Origin: Azolla caroliniana
Taxonomy: Eukaryota > Plantae > Polypodiophyta
Direction of reading: 5' to 3'
Length of the DNA: 64,000 nt
Assembly: GCA_043228905.1 (NCBI GenBank)
Contig: JBHGNT010000018.1
Coordinates: 14,880,001-14,944,000 of the forward strand
Numbering within the stretch: the first letter of the stretch is position 1; every line of letters starts with the position of its first letter. Both the position numbers and the translations under genes were made by a program. The notes under the pieces were generated by a model. That model did no database searches and was not told the origin of the DNA. It worked only from the letters and a program-made list of their open reading frames with translations. Shown here piece by piece: positions 47,565 to 62,427 of the stretch.

Positions 47565-50500
47565 TGAAAATACTCAATAATTTTTTTTTTCTTTTTTCTT
47601 ATATGTGCTTCTCTAATTGAGTGCAAATTTTTTTAGCTTAACTTCACAAGTACATATAATTTCGTGGTTTGTCAATTAACTGAGAATTAATCAGAATTAA
47701 TCTCACAAAATTTAAACTTTTGAACTAGATGGAATTTGATTTGTGTTTTAAGTTTGCAATATTCTGTACTTATTCCAAAAGCATTGAATTGTGGGTGTAT
47801 GGTCCATTGACACATGATGTGAATTTATTGTGTATCGCTCATTTTTACCAGAAATATATTCACATTTTTATTGCACGATTAGTTGTTGTCATGGTCATTA
47901 GTGACCCTTGATTTTATGGAATTGCCGGCATCATAACTAATTTGACATCTCCAGATCATTTTTATGCTAGTTGCAACATACCTCACTAGATGCCATGGCT
48001 AGGTTGACTTGAGACTTGAGTTCCTTAGGTTCCTAGGCTAATACATTATACTCAAATTTCATTAACATACCTAGCTCAAGCACTTCTTCATCCGCTTCAC
48101 ATATGTTTATTTCATATATAATGTTGCATCTTCATTGAAATAGGCCTAATTGTTTAGGTAAAATTATCATCCAACATCTTCGCGACAGTTTTTTGGTCGA
48201 GACAAGGCTTCCTTTTGGGCAATGTTCAACACCATGAACTTTTATAGATGTGGAATAATCTACAAAGTATTAGGAGGAATAACCTTATTAGGTTTATTGT
48301 TCATCCTTATTAGCAAGTCTAGTTTGCGAGATCAAACAAAAATAGGCAAAATCTTCGATGAGGGTAATTCAAACAAAAATGAAGTTAGAGACATTTTTTT
48401 ACCAATGCTTAGGTACACCACGTCGATTAGGATGTTTTTTTGAATATAAGGTAGTTAATGCTAGAAATATTGAAGAATCTTGGTTTTCAAACATGTGTTT
48501 TTTGCACAATACTCGATGTTGGATGTTTTGTGTGAGCAAGAAACCAATGAACAAGATTGTTGGATTGTTCTCTTTGACTTCTCAGATGAAATCTTGGTTT
48601 TGCACTATTGTAGATAGGTAGATACATATCTTTATGTATATGTATGACTTGTTCTATATGAAAATGTGAAGCTTTTGACAACATTGTCAATGCATTCAAA
48701 GTTGCTCAAAAACCCACAAAACTGATTTTGAAGTACCTTAATGAGTTATGTATTGGTAAGCTATGATACAAAAATGGGCTTTGTTCGGTTTTGGCTTTGA
48801 AACATGTATCCATTCTCTAGTGCTATAATTTTGTCTCCACTCAAATTCGAGACTTCTTTTTGTTCTTGAACACATAAGCCAAATTTATGGCTTATCTAAA
48901 GCAAATAACTTAAACATGGTGATGGGTTTACGCCCCCCTCCAAATGCATTGATGGTATACAGCAACAACAAACTTTGCTTTAAATTACATCAATAATCAT
49001 GTATATCCTTATGATGATAATTTTGCTTTCAAGATTGATTGTTTGAAAATTATACTGGAAAAGGACTTCATGTCCTCTCTAATGGAGCAATTTTTAAAGA
49101 GCAATTTACCATTTGTAGAATTCATGAATCATGATCAACTTATTCAATGTAGATTCAAGATTTGTTTGAATAGGGTTATTTTCTCTCGTGACTTTATCAG
49201 ATCGAGCATTAACTACACATCCTATCATATCTCTATGTTCAGATATTCTTTTCGTATTGCAAAGAATCCACTACCATGTTCTATATCTTCGACATTGTTT
49301 TCTTCCTTGATTATCGTGCACATGTAATTCTAGACATTGCTCTTTTTTACAAAATAGAAACCATAAGTGATATTGTCACATCGTGCTTATGGGGCTTATT
49401 GCCACTCTTTATAGATGTTAAATAAAATCATCTCTTGTGGTTTAGCCAAGCTTTATTGGTGCCAAGTCGAAGTACTTCGGGACTAGGAATTGATAGCTTT
49501 TCAAGACAACATTATGCCTACGTTGGTATATTATGGCCAACATAGAATGTAAAGCTTCCCTTGTGAACGTTCATGATGTTTCCAAAAGCTCAATTCACAT
49601 AAATTGGAAGGGAAATTTATACATAAGTCTATTTTCCCATCCTCCCAGTAATGGTTTTAATTATTGCCACTTTCATAGGAATGTTCACATGATACAATCA
49701 CATTTCCACTATTGAATGGGAGTGGATGTTAACAAGTACATTATTAAAGCAACCATAGAGTATGTTTTGACCTTTCCAGGTCATAAGTTTCAATTGTTTC
49801 TTTTCTACCCTCTTAAATACTATGTGTGACAATTGCCTGAGTGCCTCCATCTCATATATTAGAAAATGTTAATATTTTTTGTATATCTCGATTTCCACCC
49901 CATGTGGACCCAACCTAAGTTGCAAAGTACCACTAATAATGGAAAAGTAGACAAATTTTGGTGTGCATGAGCTTTCTCACAAGGTGCATCCTACCTAGCT
50001 CTATGGAGTGGAAGGAGGGGCAATGGTTTGAAGCTTTGTCCAATACATATGTCAAAACTAAAGAAAAGTGAGAATTATGGTGCGACTTCTTTATTCTTCA
50101 TTGTTATCCTTTGGATTATAGCTTAGACATTTGGATTGGAATAATATTGTAAATATGACTCATCATTAAGATCATTTTTTTACAATCGGTCACATTGGAT
50201 GAGGTTGAACGATGCAAAATCAATGTTTATATGTATTGACAATTACAAATTAGTATACTACACCTACGAGAATTTCAAAACGGCTCGCTGATTTCAAATC
50301 GATGTGGATATGCTTTGATCCATTTTATATGCTTAATCATATGAAAAATTGGGTGAATTATATGAAATTTTTATTTAAAAGATTTTTAATATGCAAAACA
50401 TTTCCCCCTATTATCCGAATAACCATAGACTCATATGTGCATATTATACAACATGATTTTGCATCTCAAAATCTTTGGGAGGTGAGGATGGTTGACATGA

Positions 50501-50644
50501 CCTACAAAGGGCTCCCCACCTCCATCCTCTAGATCTTCATTCACCCCCTCTTTGTCAGAGTCTAGAGATAGAGCAAGGGCATGAAATTAAGAAGGCATTC
50601 TAACAAGTTGCCCATGAGCACACATATTTGAACCAACACACATG

Positions 50645-50683
<39 letters not shown>

Positions 50684-51529
50684 TTGAAACAATTTAATAT
50701 TAATGGTGGGAAACCCACAAATGCTTTACAACCAAAGGGGCATAGATAAGTTGTCTAATGTCGTGTCCAAAGTAATGGATCTTCGTGGGAAAGTCTAAAA
50801 ATCTAATGCTAGAAAAAACCCGAACGACCAAAATGAATCTCGTTATGGATCGTTTAGTGTTCGTGAAATCCAATATTAAATGTATGCAAAAGGATGCAAG
50901 GTCCACATATACTCCATGAAAAACTAACTCCCTTGGGATTTGATTATTGTAACTATCAAACATAACTACAACCCTAAATGACATTATCATCCCAAGGAGA
51001 AAACATGTTGATAGTATGAAATCACACAAAGGGCCCACTAACATGATGTCTGTAAATAGAAAATCTATTCAAGGGAAACCCACCAACAACATATTATTTT
51101 CCATTCATACATACATGGAAGCAATATGCCTAATGAACGTTGGAGAATTAAGTTGTTCACACAACTAAAATGAACTTTGGAAAATATATGAGAGATAGAG
51201 CACACATATTCACTTAGCTAATGAAGCTTATGTAGCTTGTTGAGGTGCTATATACAACTATATGCGCCCATTTATGGAGGCCTATAATGAACCAATAAAT
51301 TGGCACATATATGGAGTCTCCTTCAATTGCCATTCTCCTATATAGCTTTCATCCATCTAGTCAATTACCTCACACTCTTGCAAGTTTCTCATAGCCTTTT
51401 ACTCTTCTTTGCTCATCATTTTTATGTGTCAAAACCCATTTTTGGATTTACTCCCATTTATGCACATTCTTAAATACAATCATGTTTATATTTTGCATGT
51501 TACCACAACAAGTTGGTTAGAACACAAGG

Positions 51530-52160
51530 TGGTACCAATCAAGGTTCTCGTGAAATACAAGGATTTTGCTAATGTACTGGAGAAGAAGACATGGATTGCC
51601 TACCGAGTCTTTGAATCCTAGCTCAAGGCCCTTAGGACCCACATAGGTGAGAACATCGAGAAGGGCGTTAAGAACATTTAGAGTCTCTCATTGGAACGAA
51701 AGCCATATTTGTCATGAGAAAAAATGGATCAATCAGACTATATGTTAAGTTGTATTATAGAGACAATGTATTAATGATTAAGAATCAATATCCATTGTTG
51801 ATTGTTGTTCCTAGGCCACTTTAGAACTAGAACAAATCTTCTCCAAGATTGATCTTCATGATGTCTACAATCTAGTTCACACGAATGCTCGTGAAGAAGG
51901 GAAGAACCACCACTTGCATGTGCAAAGGAATACTTTGCGTGCAAAATAATGTTCTTTTGTCTAATCAAGTCCCCTATCATCTTCTAATGTATAATGAATG
52001 ACATCTTTCAAGAATACACAAGTGAGAGAATTAATGAATGACATCTTTCAAGAATACACAAGTGAGTTCATTGTGGTGTATTTAAATAACATACTAATTC
52101 TCTCACGAAAAATATGAACACTATAACACTCTTCAAACTTCATGAAATTGGGCTCCTTCA
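51530..52160 (+). mobile_element. Highly decayed Ty3/gypsy reverse transcriptase remnant
   Basis: Frame-broken motifs FVMRKNGSIRLYV, KNQYPLLI, FSKIDL, IMNDIFQEY, FIVVYLNNILI. 34-bp local duplication at about 51993 and 52034. Confidence 0.7.
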
Positions 52161-53231
52161 TTGGGACAACCTACTATATATTCCTAATAATCACATTTGA
52201 CTCAAAAAGAATATTATGCTAGCTCATTTCTTGATCATTTAAGTGTTATTGCCCTCCAAATATAATGAGGAAACTACTATTGGTAGTCATAATACTAAAA
52301 GTTGGTAAGAATTTGATTGAATATTGGAATATCTATGCTTTGTTCAAGGTCCCCTACATTAACCCTATAGTCTTCTACAATCACTCCTTGTCCTCGACTC
52401 ACTTTGAGAATTGGAATCAACGAACTTTGCTAGCTGACAATGATGGCCATTGGAACATATGATAGAAATGAGTACATAAGTTAATAAACTCCTTGGTTCA
52501 AAGAGATCAAGATGCTTGTCTTGGTAAATTTGCTCATGTAATAAGGGATCTATTTGTTGAAGACTACACAAAAGATGTCCAAGAACTCCATGATTAATAC
52601 CCAAACAAACATTCCTACTCTTAGAAATTACACAAGAAAAAGAAGTGTATAAGTGAAGATTTGCCTGTGTTGAGACAAAACCATTGGGGCTTTAAAATGA
52701 GAGTGATAGATAAGCAATGGGATAATTGTCATGTTTAGGAAGAGGTTGATCAATAATTAGACATGACAAGCATTCAATAGGTTGCATCATTCGTTACATA
52801 TAGGTTAAATAAAATGCACAATTTTAAGTAAGTATAAGCGAAGTGATTAAATAGAACAAAACTAGGTAGAATTCTTAATTATAACATTGATTACAATAAC
52901 TACTCGATGGTTAGAAAACTTTATGACTTTCTAAATCTTTTCAATTAAAAGAAGAACAAAAGCTTTGTCAGAATACTCAACCCTTGATTAGGTTATACTA
53001 GTGTTGGGCAAAGTTTTTAATCCCTATCGGAAATTTTCCTGCTTCCAATTAACCTAACCGAATTTTAAAAATTTTAACTGACCATTTTCTTATGACTGTT
53101 CATGTCATCTAGAATTTCTTGAAATTTTAAAAAAAATCACCTCATTTCAAATCATTTAGCATGAACATTCGTCAGAAAATTTTCACAATTGGTAAAGTAT
53201 TGAGAACATTTATAACTAAGTTCACCATTGA

Positions 53232-56200
53232 GTGATTGAGACGATGCCTGAGACGATAGAGGCGACAACATCAAGAAGGGATTCCAGTGAACTCCCCTTC
53301 GTAATTCAGCCAATCGCAGATCTGGTCGTCAATGTAGTTGTGCTGACAGAGGTGCAACAGGAGGTACAGGCTGAAATAACTCGTCTGCGTCAAGTGTCGG
53401 TGGTGGTGCATGTCATCGGTGGCCGTCCTAGTCGTGGGGAGTTGCGTCACTTGCTGCAGGCGCGATTTCAAGAAGAGCTATCTAGGGTTGTGGATATTCA
53501 ATTTTTAGGGAAAGGATGCTATCATGTCGAGTTTCTAGTTGCGGAGATTGTGATGAAGCTACTTCGAATGGGATCTACAAGGATTAATGGAATTCGGATG
53601 CATTTCTTGCAATGGGAGCCTGGGTTTGACCTAAATGCAGTTAGTGAACATCTATCTAATTACTTTGTTTTTTCTGTCATGTTTCCGGGTTTACCAAAAG
53701 AATGGAGACTAGTGATGCCACATATGGCCTCATCGATTGGTCAATTAATTGATGAAGAATCTGATGTAATGCGATATATGGCTGGGAATCTCAACCTTCC
53801 ATATATAAGATTAATTGGACATAAAGGCATGACATTACCCACATATGTTAGGCTGCCCGCTATGTTTCAGGCCCAACTAAGGGTCCAAAGAGTTAAATAT
53901 TCTGGACTTCCTAATCAATGTTTTAATTGTAATTGTATTGGCCATGTGGTTAAAGACTGTCCTGTTCGAGATGATCAAATTAGACAAAAGCATTCTGTTA
54001 GTAACACAAATGGTGAAGGTTGGACGGAAGGCAAGAGGAAGTATGGTAGGAAATCCTCAAAGAGGACATATTATGATGTTGGGGTAACTTCTAAAAAGAC
54101 ACCAAATGCAAGTCATGATAGTCCACAAGTTAATCAACCAGATTTACAAATAATCCCTTTTAATAATAATGATGTACAAAGTGGTAGAGAGGAGGATTAT
54201 GATATTGTAATTGACAATGATATTGTAAGTTCTATGAAGGAGAAGCCCTTAAGGGAGGGAATGATCACGAACAGATGATAACTTTCGAACCCTCCTCATT
54301 ACAAGGTGAGGCTAATATGGAGTTAGCGATGACCCATGTAAAAAAGACTAAAGGGATCACATCTGTGATATCATTGGAGGAGGGTTTTATGAATGGTCTG
54401 CACTACTCTGGAAGGTTAACTAGGACTAAAACAAAGGCCTTAACAAACCATGGTAAGAATGCACAAGGATTCATGCTTGAAAAATCGGTTGTGCAATCAT
54501 ATACTATGGTTATGAATGGAGGTGTGATGGTGGATGGAAAGAGCACACTCTCATCCTCACTAAAGAAGGATTCCTACGCAGAAGTTGTGGCTAGGAAACC
54601 TTGGAAAGGATTTAAGATTGCCGGACAAATTACTAAGCCTAAGAGAGCAACAGTGGAGGAGAAGAGGATGAAAGGTAAACAACTTTTGTTAGCCTATGAA
54701 TAATTTCTCAATGTATCATGGAATGTTCAAGGATTGGGTGGTGCACAAGCACAAAATTTAAGGCTAGACTAAGACAAAATTTACATAAAAGCTTCATGAG
54801 GTCTGTAGATATAGTTTTTCTACAATAATATCATTTGAGTTCCACAAGGATTGATTCTTATGGGTCCTTGTTTACTGGTTCATGGGCCCATTTTTGGAGT
54901 CCTGCAATTGGCGAATCCCACAATAAAGCTGGTGTTTGTATAGCATTAGTCCATAAATGGTATTCTCATGTGATTGACTATAAGATTTTAGTGGAAGGAA
55001 GAGTGCAGTTTATTATTTTAGAAATCCAAAATCTACAATTGGGTTTTATAAATGTATATCCTCACAATGCAACAACAGATAGGAGGAGGTTGTGGTCTTA
55101 TATGTGTGATACTTTACCCCAGGTGGATCATTGGTGTATGGCCGGAGATTTTAATATGATTGAGGATAAGTTAGATAGAAGTGGGGGTAGTCGAGCTGTT
55201 TTATATGGTTCAGAATTGAGCTTTTGGGAGAGGTTGTGCTTTAAGTATGGTTTTCAAGATACTTGGTGCTCTCCCTCTTTTAGCAAACATGTTGAATCTT
55301 TGCAATTCCCTAGATCAGATAGACGGTTATTAGGTGCTAATATATCTCGATTAGACAGATTCTATGCTGATGACTTCTTTATAGCATTAGGAGGATCATT
55401 ACAGATATTAGCTGGGACAATTTTCTCAGATCACTCACCTCTTATTGTTACTTTGAAAAAAGTGGAAAAAAGGAAGTCCTTTAGGACACCTATACCCTCT
55501 TCCTTGTATGTGGATGTTACCCTTAGAGGAGAAGTTTTAGCAATTCGGAAGGATACAAATGTATCACAATTGATGGTGTGTGATAGAGTTGCAAATGCAA
55601 TTGTTAAAGTTAGTAAAGGAAAGGTTTGGTACTAAAGCAAAGGAGGAAAGGTGTCAACTCAAAACTAAGATCTTGAGTATAAAACGAGCGGTTACTTCTT
55701 TGCAACACTTTCAACAATGGATGCCATGGGCTACGTGGGTGATGTTAGAATTAAATAATGCAAAGGATAAGCTTGGTAAATTACAAGATAATTGGGCTCA
55801 ATGCACTTATAATGCATTTGCTGCAAAGTGGGCACAAGTGGGGGATAAAGTGTCCGCTGATTTTTTCAAATTTGTAACTCCAAAAAAAACTTGTAATGGG
55901 ATGAAACAACTACAGAGGGATGATGGATCCATTACTGAGGATGCCGGAGAAATGAGGGATATTGCTACGAAATTTTATAGTAATCTATTGACTGTTGAAC
56001 GTTTTACACTTGATCAATTGGAGAGACAAAGAGTTGTGTGGCAGTCCATGCATGCACAAGTTTCACTCAATATGATAAATGTTTTGGTTAAACCGATTTC
56101 AGTTTTTGAAGTAACGGTTGCTTTGGATGCAATTGGCTCCCATGTATGCCCTGGTACCGATGGACTCTCAACAGATTTTTTCCGGAATTATTGGGAGTTT

Positions 56201-59054
56201 ATTGGGACTGATATTACTGCTGCATTTCAGGAGGTATTTGACACTGGATTTATGCCTAGTAAGTGGACCAAAGGCATGATTTATCTTATTCCTAAGTTGA
56301 AGGGGTAGTGGCTAATATTAGGAAGTGGCGACCAATAACTATATTGAATACTATTTACAAAATATATGCTAAGTTATTGGCTATGAGATTGCAACCTTTT
56401 TTATTGGACATCATTCATAACACCCAAACAAGATTTTTACAAGATAGGAGTATATTGGATAACATTTTTTTATTTTGGGAAGCGGTTGCAATTTCACAAG
56501 AAAGGAAAGAGGATTTAGCCATCTAATTGTTGGATTTCGAAAAGGCCTATGACAGAGTAGATTGGTCTTTTTTGAGGGGTACCATGGAAAAGTGGGTTTT
56601 CCTAATCAATGGTTAACGGTTGTCTCAACTCTTTATAACTTAGCTACTAGTAGGGTATTAGTAGATGGAGAGTTAGGCCAAGCATTCGTAATTTCGAGGT
56701 CAGTAAGATAGGGATGTCCGCTGGCTCCTTTTTTATATTTGATGATTGGAGAAGTGTTTAGTAGTTTTCTTGCAAGTAATACTGTGAATATAAAAGGGCT
56801 ACAATGGCCATGGTTAGAGGAGCAAGTTGTGGATTGTCAATTTGCTGATGATACAGCCTTGTATTTGCAAGGTTCTAGCGACAATCTTTCTAGAGTACAA
56901 CATGCTATCGATACATTTTACTATGCTTCGGGAACTATTATTAATTGGAATAAATCGGTGGGGTTCTGGGTAGGTAACACAGTAAACCCTTTGTGGTGCC
57001 CACAAGAAGGGTTTCACTGGATTCCACATGGGAAACCTATAAGATACTTGGGGTGCCAGGAAGGTATTAATATTTCGCCGGAAGATCATGTAGCTCCTCT
57101 GTTGCTTGCTATAAGGAAGAAATTGTTATATTGGAATACTGCTAAATTGTCATTGGCAGGAAGGGTTGTCATTGCCAATCAAGTATTGTTGTCCTCCATG
57201 TGGTACATTTTATCGGCTTGGTTGTGCTCACGTTTTGCTTTATCGCAAGTACAAAGGCTTATTAGGAATTTTCTTTGGGGATCTAAAGATTGTTCTTATG
57301 TGAGAGCCAAGGTATCTTGGAAAGTTATTTCAACTCCAAAGGACAAAGGTGGTCTTGGTTTGATTGACCCTCTTTTACAATGTAAGGCTTTAGTGGGGAA
57401 ATTTATTATAAGAGGTTTGTTGCCTGGTGGGGAGCCTTGGAAAAAAATCTTAAGGCAGAGAATAGTTAAAGTTGTGCCTTCCACCGGTGGCAATTGGAAA
57501 GATAGTATTAGATGGTAGTTTTTAAGAGATTTTAACCAGTCCATTGATATATTTCGCCAAGATAAGTTTTTGCGGGGTATCATGAAGGCATGGTGGGACT
57601 TGAAACAATACTTAGTCCAATCTCTAACATCATGTAAGGAGGAATGGCTGCGTCAACCCCTCATACTGAACCCACTATTTACATCAGAAGATGGGGTAAT
57701 GTTAGGGAAGAGAACTAGGTTGAATTGGGCTGACTTTGATAAAGGTGAAGCTAAGTTAGTTGGGAATTGACTAACTTTTTCTTCTTCAGCGATGGAAAAC
57801 AAAACCCAAGTTTGTAGGGCAATTAGGGGAGGGAATATTATGTATTCAGAAATGGATAGAGTCTTTACAAGATCTTCCTTTCAACCTTCTCAAACTAGTA
57901 TGTTTTGGTATGGCATGTTTTCATCCCTACATGTATTATTGGGGGTTAGGGGTTATAAAAACTCTCACGAATGCTTGTACTTCGATGTTTTGTCTTGTGG
58001 ACGACTGCATTCTCTCTTTGTGGAAGACGAAATTGTAACTCGAGGGAATAGGTTGCCTATTCGTGTATTATGGAAGAAAGATAAAAAATGGATATTGAAC
58101 CCACATCCAAATGATGTAAACAATCTCTCTATTTTATGGGTCTATGAGACTAAGCCCATTGATTGCCTTTGGTGGGATCCTGGTGAGTGCAAATGGCAAA
58201 TCAGATCAGTGCAAGGAATGTTAGGTAAGCAAATCCCGTTCCTTCAGTATTCGGTAAAAATGGGTAGAGAAATGCTAAGGAGAGGTGTGACTGTTACACC
58301 AACAACTTGTAAATTTTGGAGACTTGGTAATATAACAAATTCTTGGTTGAATGCTTATTGGAAATGGTTATGGGCCATGCAAATTCCTAAAAAGGTCTTG
58401 TTATTTAAATGGTTGTTGATAAATTATGCCATTCCTGTGAAGTCATGGATGTGGGGACATTGTCAGGATTTAAAATGTGACAGTTGTGGTTTTCCCATTG
58501 AATCGGTTTACCATGTTTTATGGATATGTCCTATTGCTAGAGCAGTTTGGAAAAGAATGTTGAGCATGGTATATCCTATTTATGGTAGGCAGGTGTACAC
58601 ATGGGGTTTTGTGAGATGGGGAAGATTGGCTAAGGAAATTCAAAACTATGAAAAGGAGTATGGTGAGTTCCTTCTCCTCTCCGATGGGAGACATGTATTG
58701 GAGATCTCGGATATTACATCAGTTCGTTGTTTGGAAGAGGATATGGTCTGGTCTACGATATCTTCTCTAGTCGTTTGGGTATTGTGGAAGGCTAGATGTA
58801 AATGTATATTTCAGAAAGTTAAACAGAATGCGGTTGACTTAGTCAAAGAGGTATGGTTAATGCTCGTACACGCTTTAAGAGGTCAATATGATGCAATAAC
58901 TGGTGAGCCTGAGGTTGTGATTCGCAGACAACAACAGTTTCGAGAAATTTGGAAAAACGTTGAGGTTTTCATCTCTTTTGGAGAAAGAATAAAGTGGAGA
59001 TATGCTCCACCAAGATGGCTTTTTCCACCCCCCGTCTTGGAACAACTTCCATGA
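53232..59054 (+). mobile_element. L1-clade LINE, near full length, with frameshifts and stops
   Basis: ORF1 53232-54703 has an RRM-like region and CFNCNCIGHVVKDC knuckle. ORF2 from 54696: APE endonuclease (SWNVQGL, AGDFN, SDHSP), RT (WRPITILN, LDFEKAYDRVDW, GCPLAP, FADD), zf-RVT (CDSC..ESVYHVLWIC). No TSD or poly(A) found. Confidence 0.93.
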
Positions 59055-60900
59055 GCCCCAAAGTTATATAAGTATAAATATACCTAGATCAATACTATTA
59101 TGATTTGTGTATGTGTGAGTCATTGTTGTATAGAGAGAGATACAGAAAGCTTTCTCTGTTGTAACCGCCGGTTGGCGAAGGAAGAGCTCGAGGTCGTTGC
59201 CTCTGAGACTCACATTGTTGTACCTCTCCTCTATATTGATCCTATTCAGAGTTCAGAGAACTCTCGTGGTTTTTCCCGATTAGGGTTTTCCACGTTAATA
59301 TTTTGTGTCATCTTATTTCTGTTTTCTAGTTCTCCCATCGTGTGGTTGAGCACTATTTTTCATCAATTTGGTATCAAAGCATGGAAGATCCATTCGGCGG
59401 CATGTTCAAGCTCACTGACTCCAACTACCCAGTATGGAAGTTGAAGATGAGGGACATGTTGGTGGTCAAAGATCTTTGGTTACCGGTACAATTTGGTGAC
59501 AAAAGACCGGACAAGATCGATGCCATGACCTAGGAAGTAATGCACATGAAGACGAAATCATACATTCGGTGCTTCATCGGCATGAGCCTGTACAATAACT
59601 TTAATGAAGAGAACAAGGCCAATGAACTTTGCGAGAAGATCGGCACTATGTTGGAGAACAAGAACATCATAAATCGGGTCTCGATATTTCGGAAGATAGT
59701 GAGGATCCAGTATCAAGACGGCGCCAGCATGGCAGAGCATTTGAACATTTTCGAGGGGCTGATAAACCAAACAACCTCGTTGTAAGTACCTCTAGCGGAC
59801 GAGGTACTAGCATTGTTGCTGCTCGGTTCCCTCCCGGATAGTTGGGAGACACTAGTTATCACTTTGGGCAACACCGGGCCGAAAGGAAAGAACTTATCCC
59901 TGGTGAGAGTGAAGTCAAGTTTGCTAAACAACGAAGCTTGCCAAAAGGACCGGAAGTTCGGAACCAATCCGAAGGCCTTGGTTATGAAATGACAAGAAAT
60001 ATGCGGAATAATCTCCGGCCACAACCGAAGCGTAGATCACTTGATGACAATCAAACATAGAGGAAATGGGAATGGAGATAAGTACACAAACAGAAAGAGA
60101 ATACACAGGATGTTAGCGTGGAAAACCCTGAGAGGGAAAAACCACGGGAGTCCACAGACTCCAAACTATCACTATGTCAAGGAGTACAACAGGGAGCACG
60201 GATGCAACAACCTCTTGCTCACAATCTTCGCCTGGCGGCGATTATAACAGAGACATGCTTTGTATCGCTCTCTCTCTCTGTCTCTCTCTGTACAGTTGTT
60301 ACACCAATCACGCTATACAAAGGTAAAAACAACAACTATAATTATAATCACACTGTTTGCCCTAGGTCACATTTATACTAATATGACATTAGGACTATGT
60401 ACAGATATAGCCCCAATGGGCTCTCAGAAAACATATCTACATATATGTCCCTTCATCCGGTGAGAGGTTCTCTGTAGGCCTACAACATCCGGTTCTCACT
60501 GGGTCTTCCGATGTCAGGCCTGCAACATCCAGTTCTCACCGGGTCTTCCTTGCCGGGTACTTGTCATCCGGTTCTCACTGGGTCTTCCGATGTCGGGCCT
60601 TCGTATCCCATCCGGAGGGACCGAGATCCTAACACGAAAGACGACCATAACCGGGGAAGAGGCCGGAATCGGAGTCCCCAGAACCGGGACAAATTAGGGA
60701 CGAGGTCGAAGTCAAGGGGGTGGCCCACTTGCTTTTATTATGGAAAGTTGGGGCACTTCCAAAAGAATTGCCGACACTTTTGGAAAGTCAATGGGGGAGC
60801 CGACATTTTGGAATTGAAGAAGATTTTGGGAAGGAGAGGAACGTCAGTGATTGCGACAAGTGAATAAGAACTGTTGTTGATCACCGAGGAGAGTGAGCTG
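59055..60900 (+). mobile_element. Copia family A 5' part: partial LTR (to 59365), PBS, gag
   Basis: PBS tggtatcaaagc 59369-59380 directly followed by ATG (MEDPFGGMFKLTDSNY). gag is homologous to 1-480. Confidence 0.88.
59990..60634 (-). mobile_element. Solo LTR in antisense orientation within gag
   Basis: tgacaag...cctaaca termini; TSD tgaaa / cgaaa; internal catccggttctcactgggtcttcc repeats at 60454-60600; related to LTR 20618-21263. Confidence 0.88.
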
Positions 60901-62427
60901 ACAAACTCCCCCTTCACTCTGGCATGGGATGCCTCATCAATCTGATCCGCTTCCGGCATGCGTCTAGCTTGTCGGGCGTCAACACCGTGGTCAACATATC
61001 CGACCCGTTCTCCTCCGTGTGGATATTTGTCAGCATGAACTCTCGGTCTTCTACTCGCTCCCGAATCCAGTGGTACCTCCGTTGGATGTGCTTCGTCCTA
61101 GAATGATATGCTGTGTTCTTCGCAAGGTGGATGGCACTTTGACTGTCACAATAGAGCCGGTATTCCTCTTGCCGAATCCCTAGATCTTCGATGAAGTCCT
61201 TCATCCATAGTATTTCCTTGCCGGCTTCCACAACCGCCATGTACTCCGCTTCTGTGGTTGACAACGCAACCGTCTTCTGCAGCCTCGATTGCCACGAAAC
61301 AGCTCCCCCCACATATGTCATGACATATCCGGATGTTGACCGGCTGGTATCCGCATCAGCCGACATATCTGAATCGGTGAAACCGTCAAGTTGGGGTTTA
61401 CTGGAGCTGAATCGGAGACACATACTTGAGGTGCCTTTCAAGTATCGGAGTATCCATTTTACCGCATTCCAGTGCTCCTTGCCGGGATTGCTCCTTGTCG
61501 GGATTTCTCATAAACTGGCTCACCACTCCGACTGCATATCCGATATCCGGTCGGGTACACATCATTGCGTACATTAGGCTCTCGACGGAAGAGGCATATG
61601 GTATCTTCATCATATCCGCCTTCTCTACCTTCGTCTTCGGGCTTTGCTTATCGGATAACTTGCAGTTTGACAGAAGTGTCGATCCGACCGGTTTCGCATC
61701 TGACATGTTGAACCGTTGAAACACCTTTGTCACGTACTTCTCCTGTGACAGTCACAATTGCTTCGTTGGCCGGTCCCGGATGGATGATATGCATCCCCAA
61801 CATCTGTCTTGCTGGACCCAAGTCTTTCATTGAGAAGGTCCGGTTCAGGGCCTTCTTCAACATTCGTATCTTGACTTGGTCTCGTCCGACGATCAACATG
61901 TCATCCACATACAAGAGGAGTATCAGGAAGTCTCCACCTTTGTGGTACCCTTGATCGGTCATGAAGGAGTCGAACTTCCGGTACCATTGCCGGGGAGCCT
62001 GCTTCAACCCGTAGAGGCTCTTTTTTAACCGGCAAACCAGGTGTTCCTTCCCTTTCTTCACAAATCCCTCCGGTTGCCGCATGTAGATCTCCTCTTCGAG
62101 GTTGCCATGGAGGAACGCCGACTTCACGTCTAACTGCTCTACCTCGAGGTTCATGCTTGCCGCTATGCTCAACACCGTTCGGATGGAAGTCATCTTTACT
62201 ACCGGGGAAAATATCTCATCGAAGTCCACGCCCTTCTTCTGCTGGAACCCCTTCACCACAATCCTGGCTTTGTACCTTGGAGGGTTGCCGGCATCTCCCG
62301 GTTTCAACTTGTACACCCACTTGCTTCGGAGTGCCCTCTTTCCTTTCGACAACTCCACCAATTCATACGTGTGGTTCTCATGTAGGGAATCCATCTTGTC
62401 CTGCATGGCACTTAACCACTTGCGGCA
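60901..62427 (-). mobile_element. Copia RT/RNase H/PPT block in inverted orientation, without LTR
   Basis: YVDDM, TEAEY, HSRTKHIQ on the minus strand. PPT complement ctcccccttcac at about 60906-60917 abuts gag sequence. Confidence 0.88.

Noticed and set aside
47729-51450. Scattered 60-115 aa ORFs downstream of CLE
   Set aside because: No recognisable domains or splice-consistent structure; likely heavily decayed TE or intergenic DNA.
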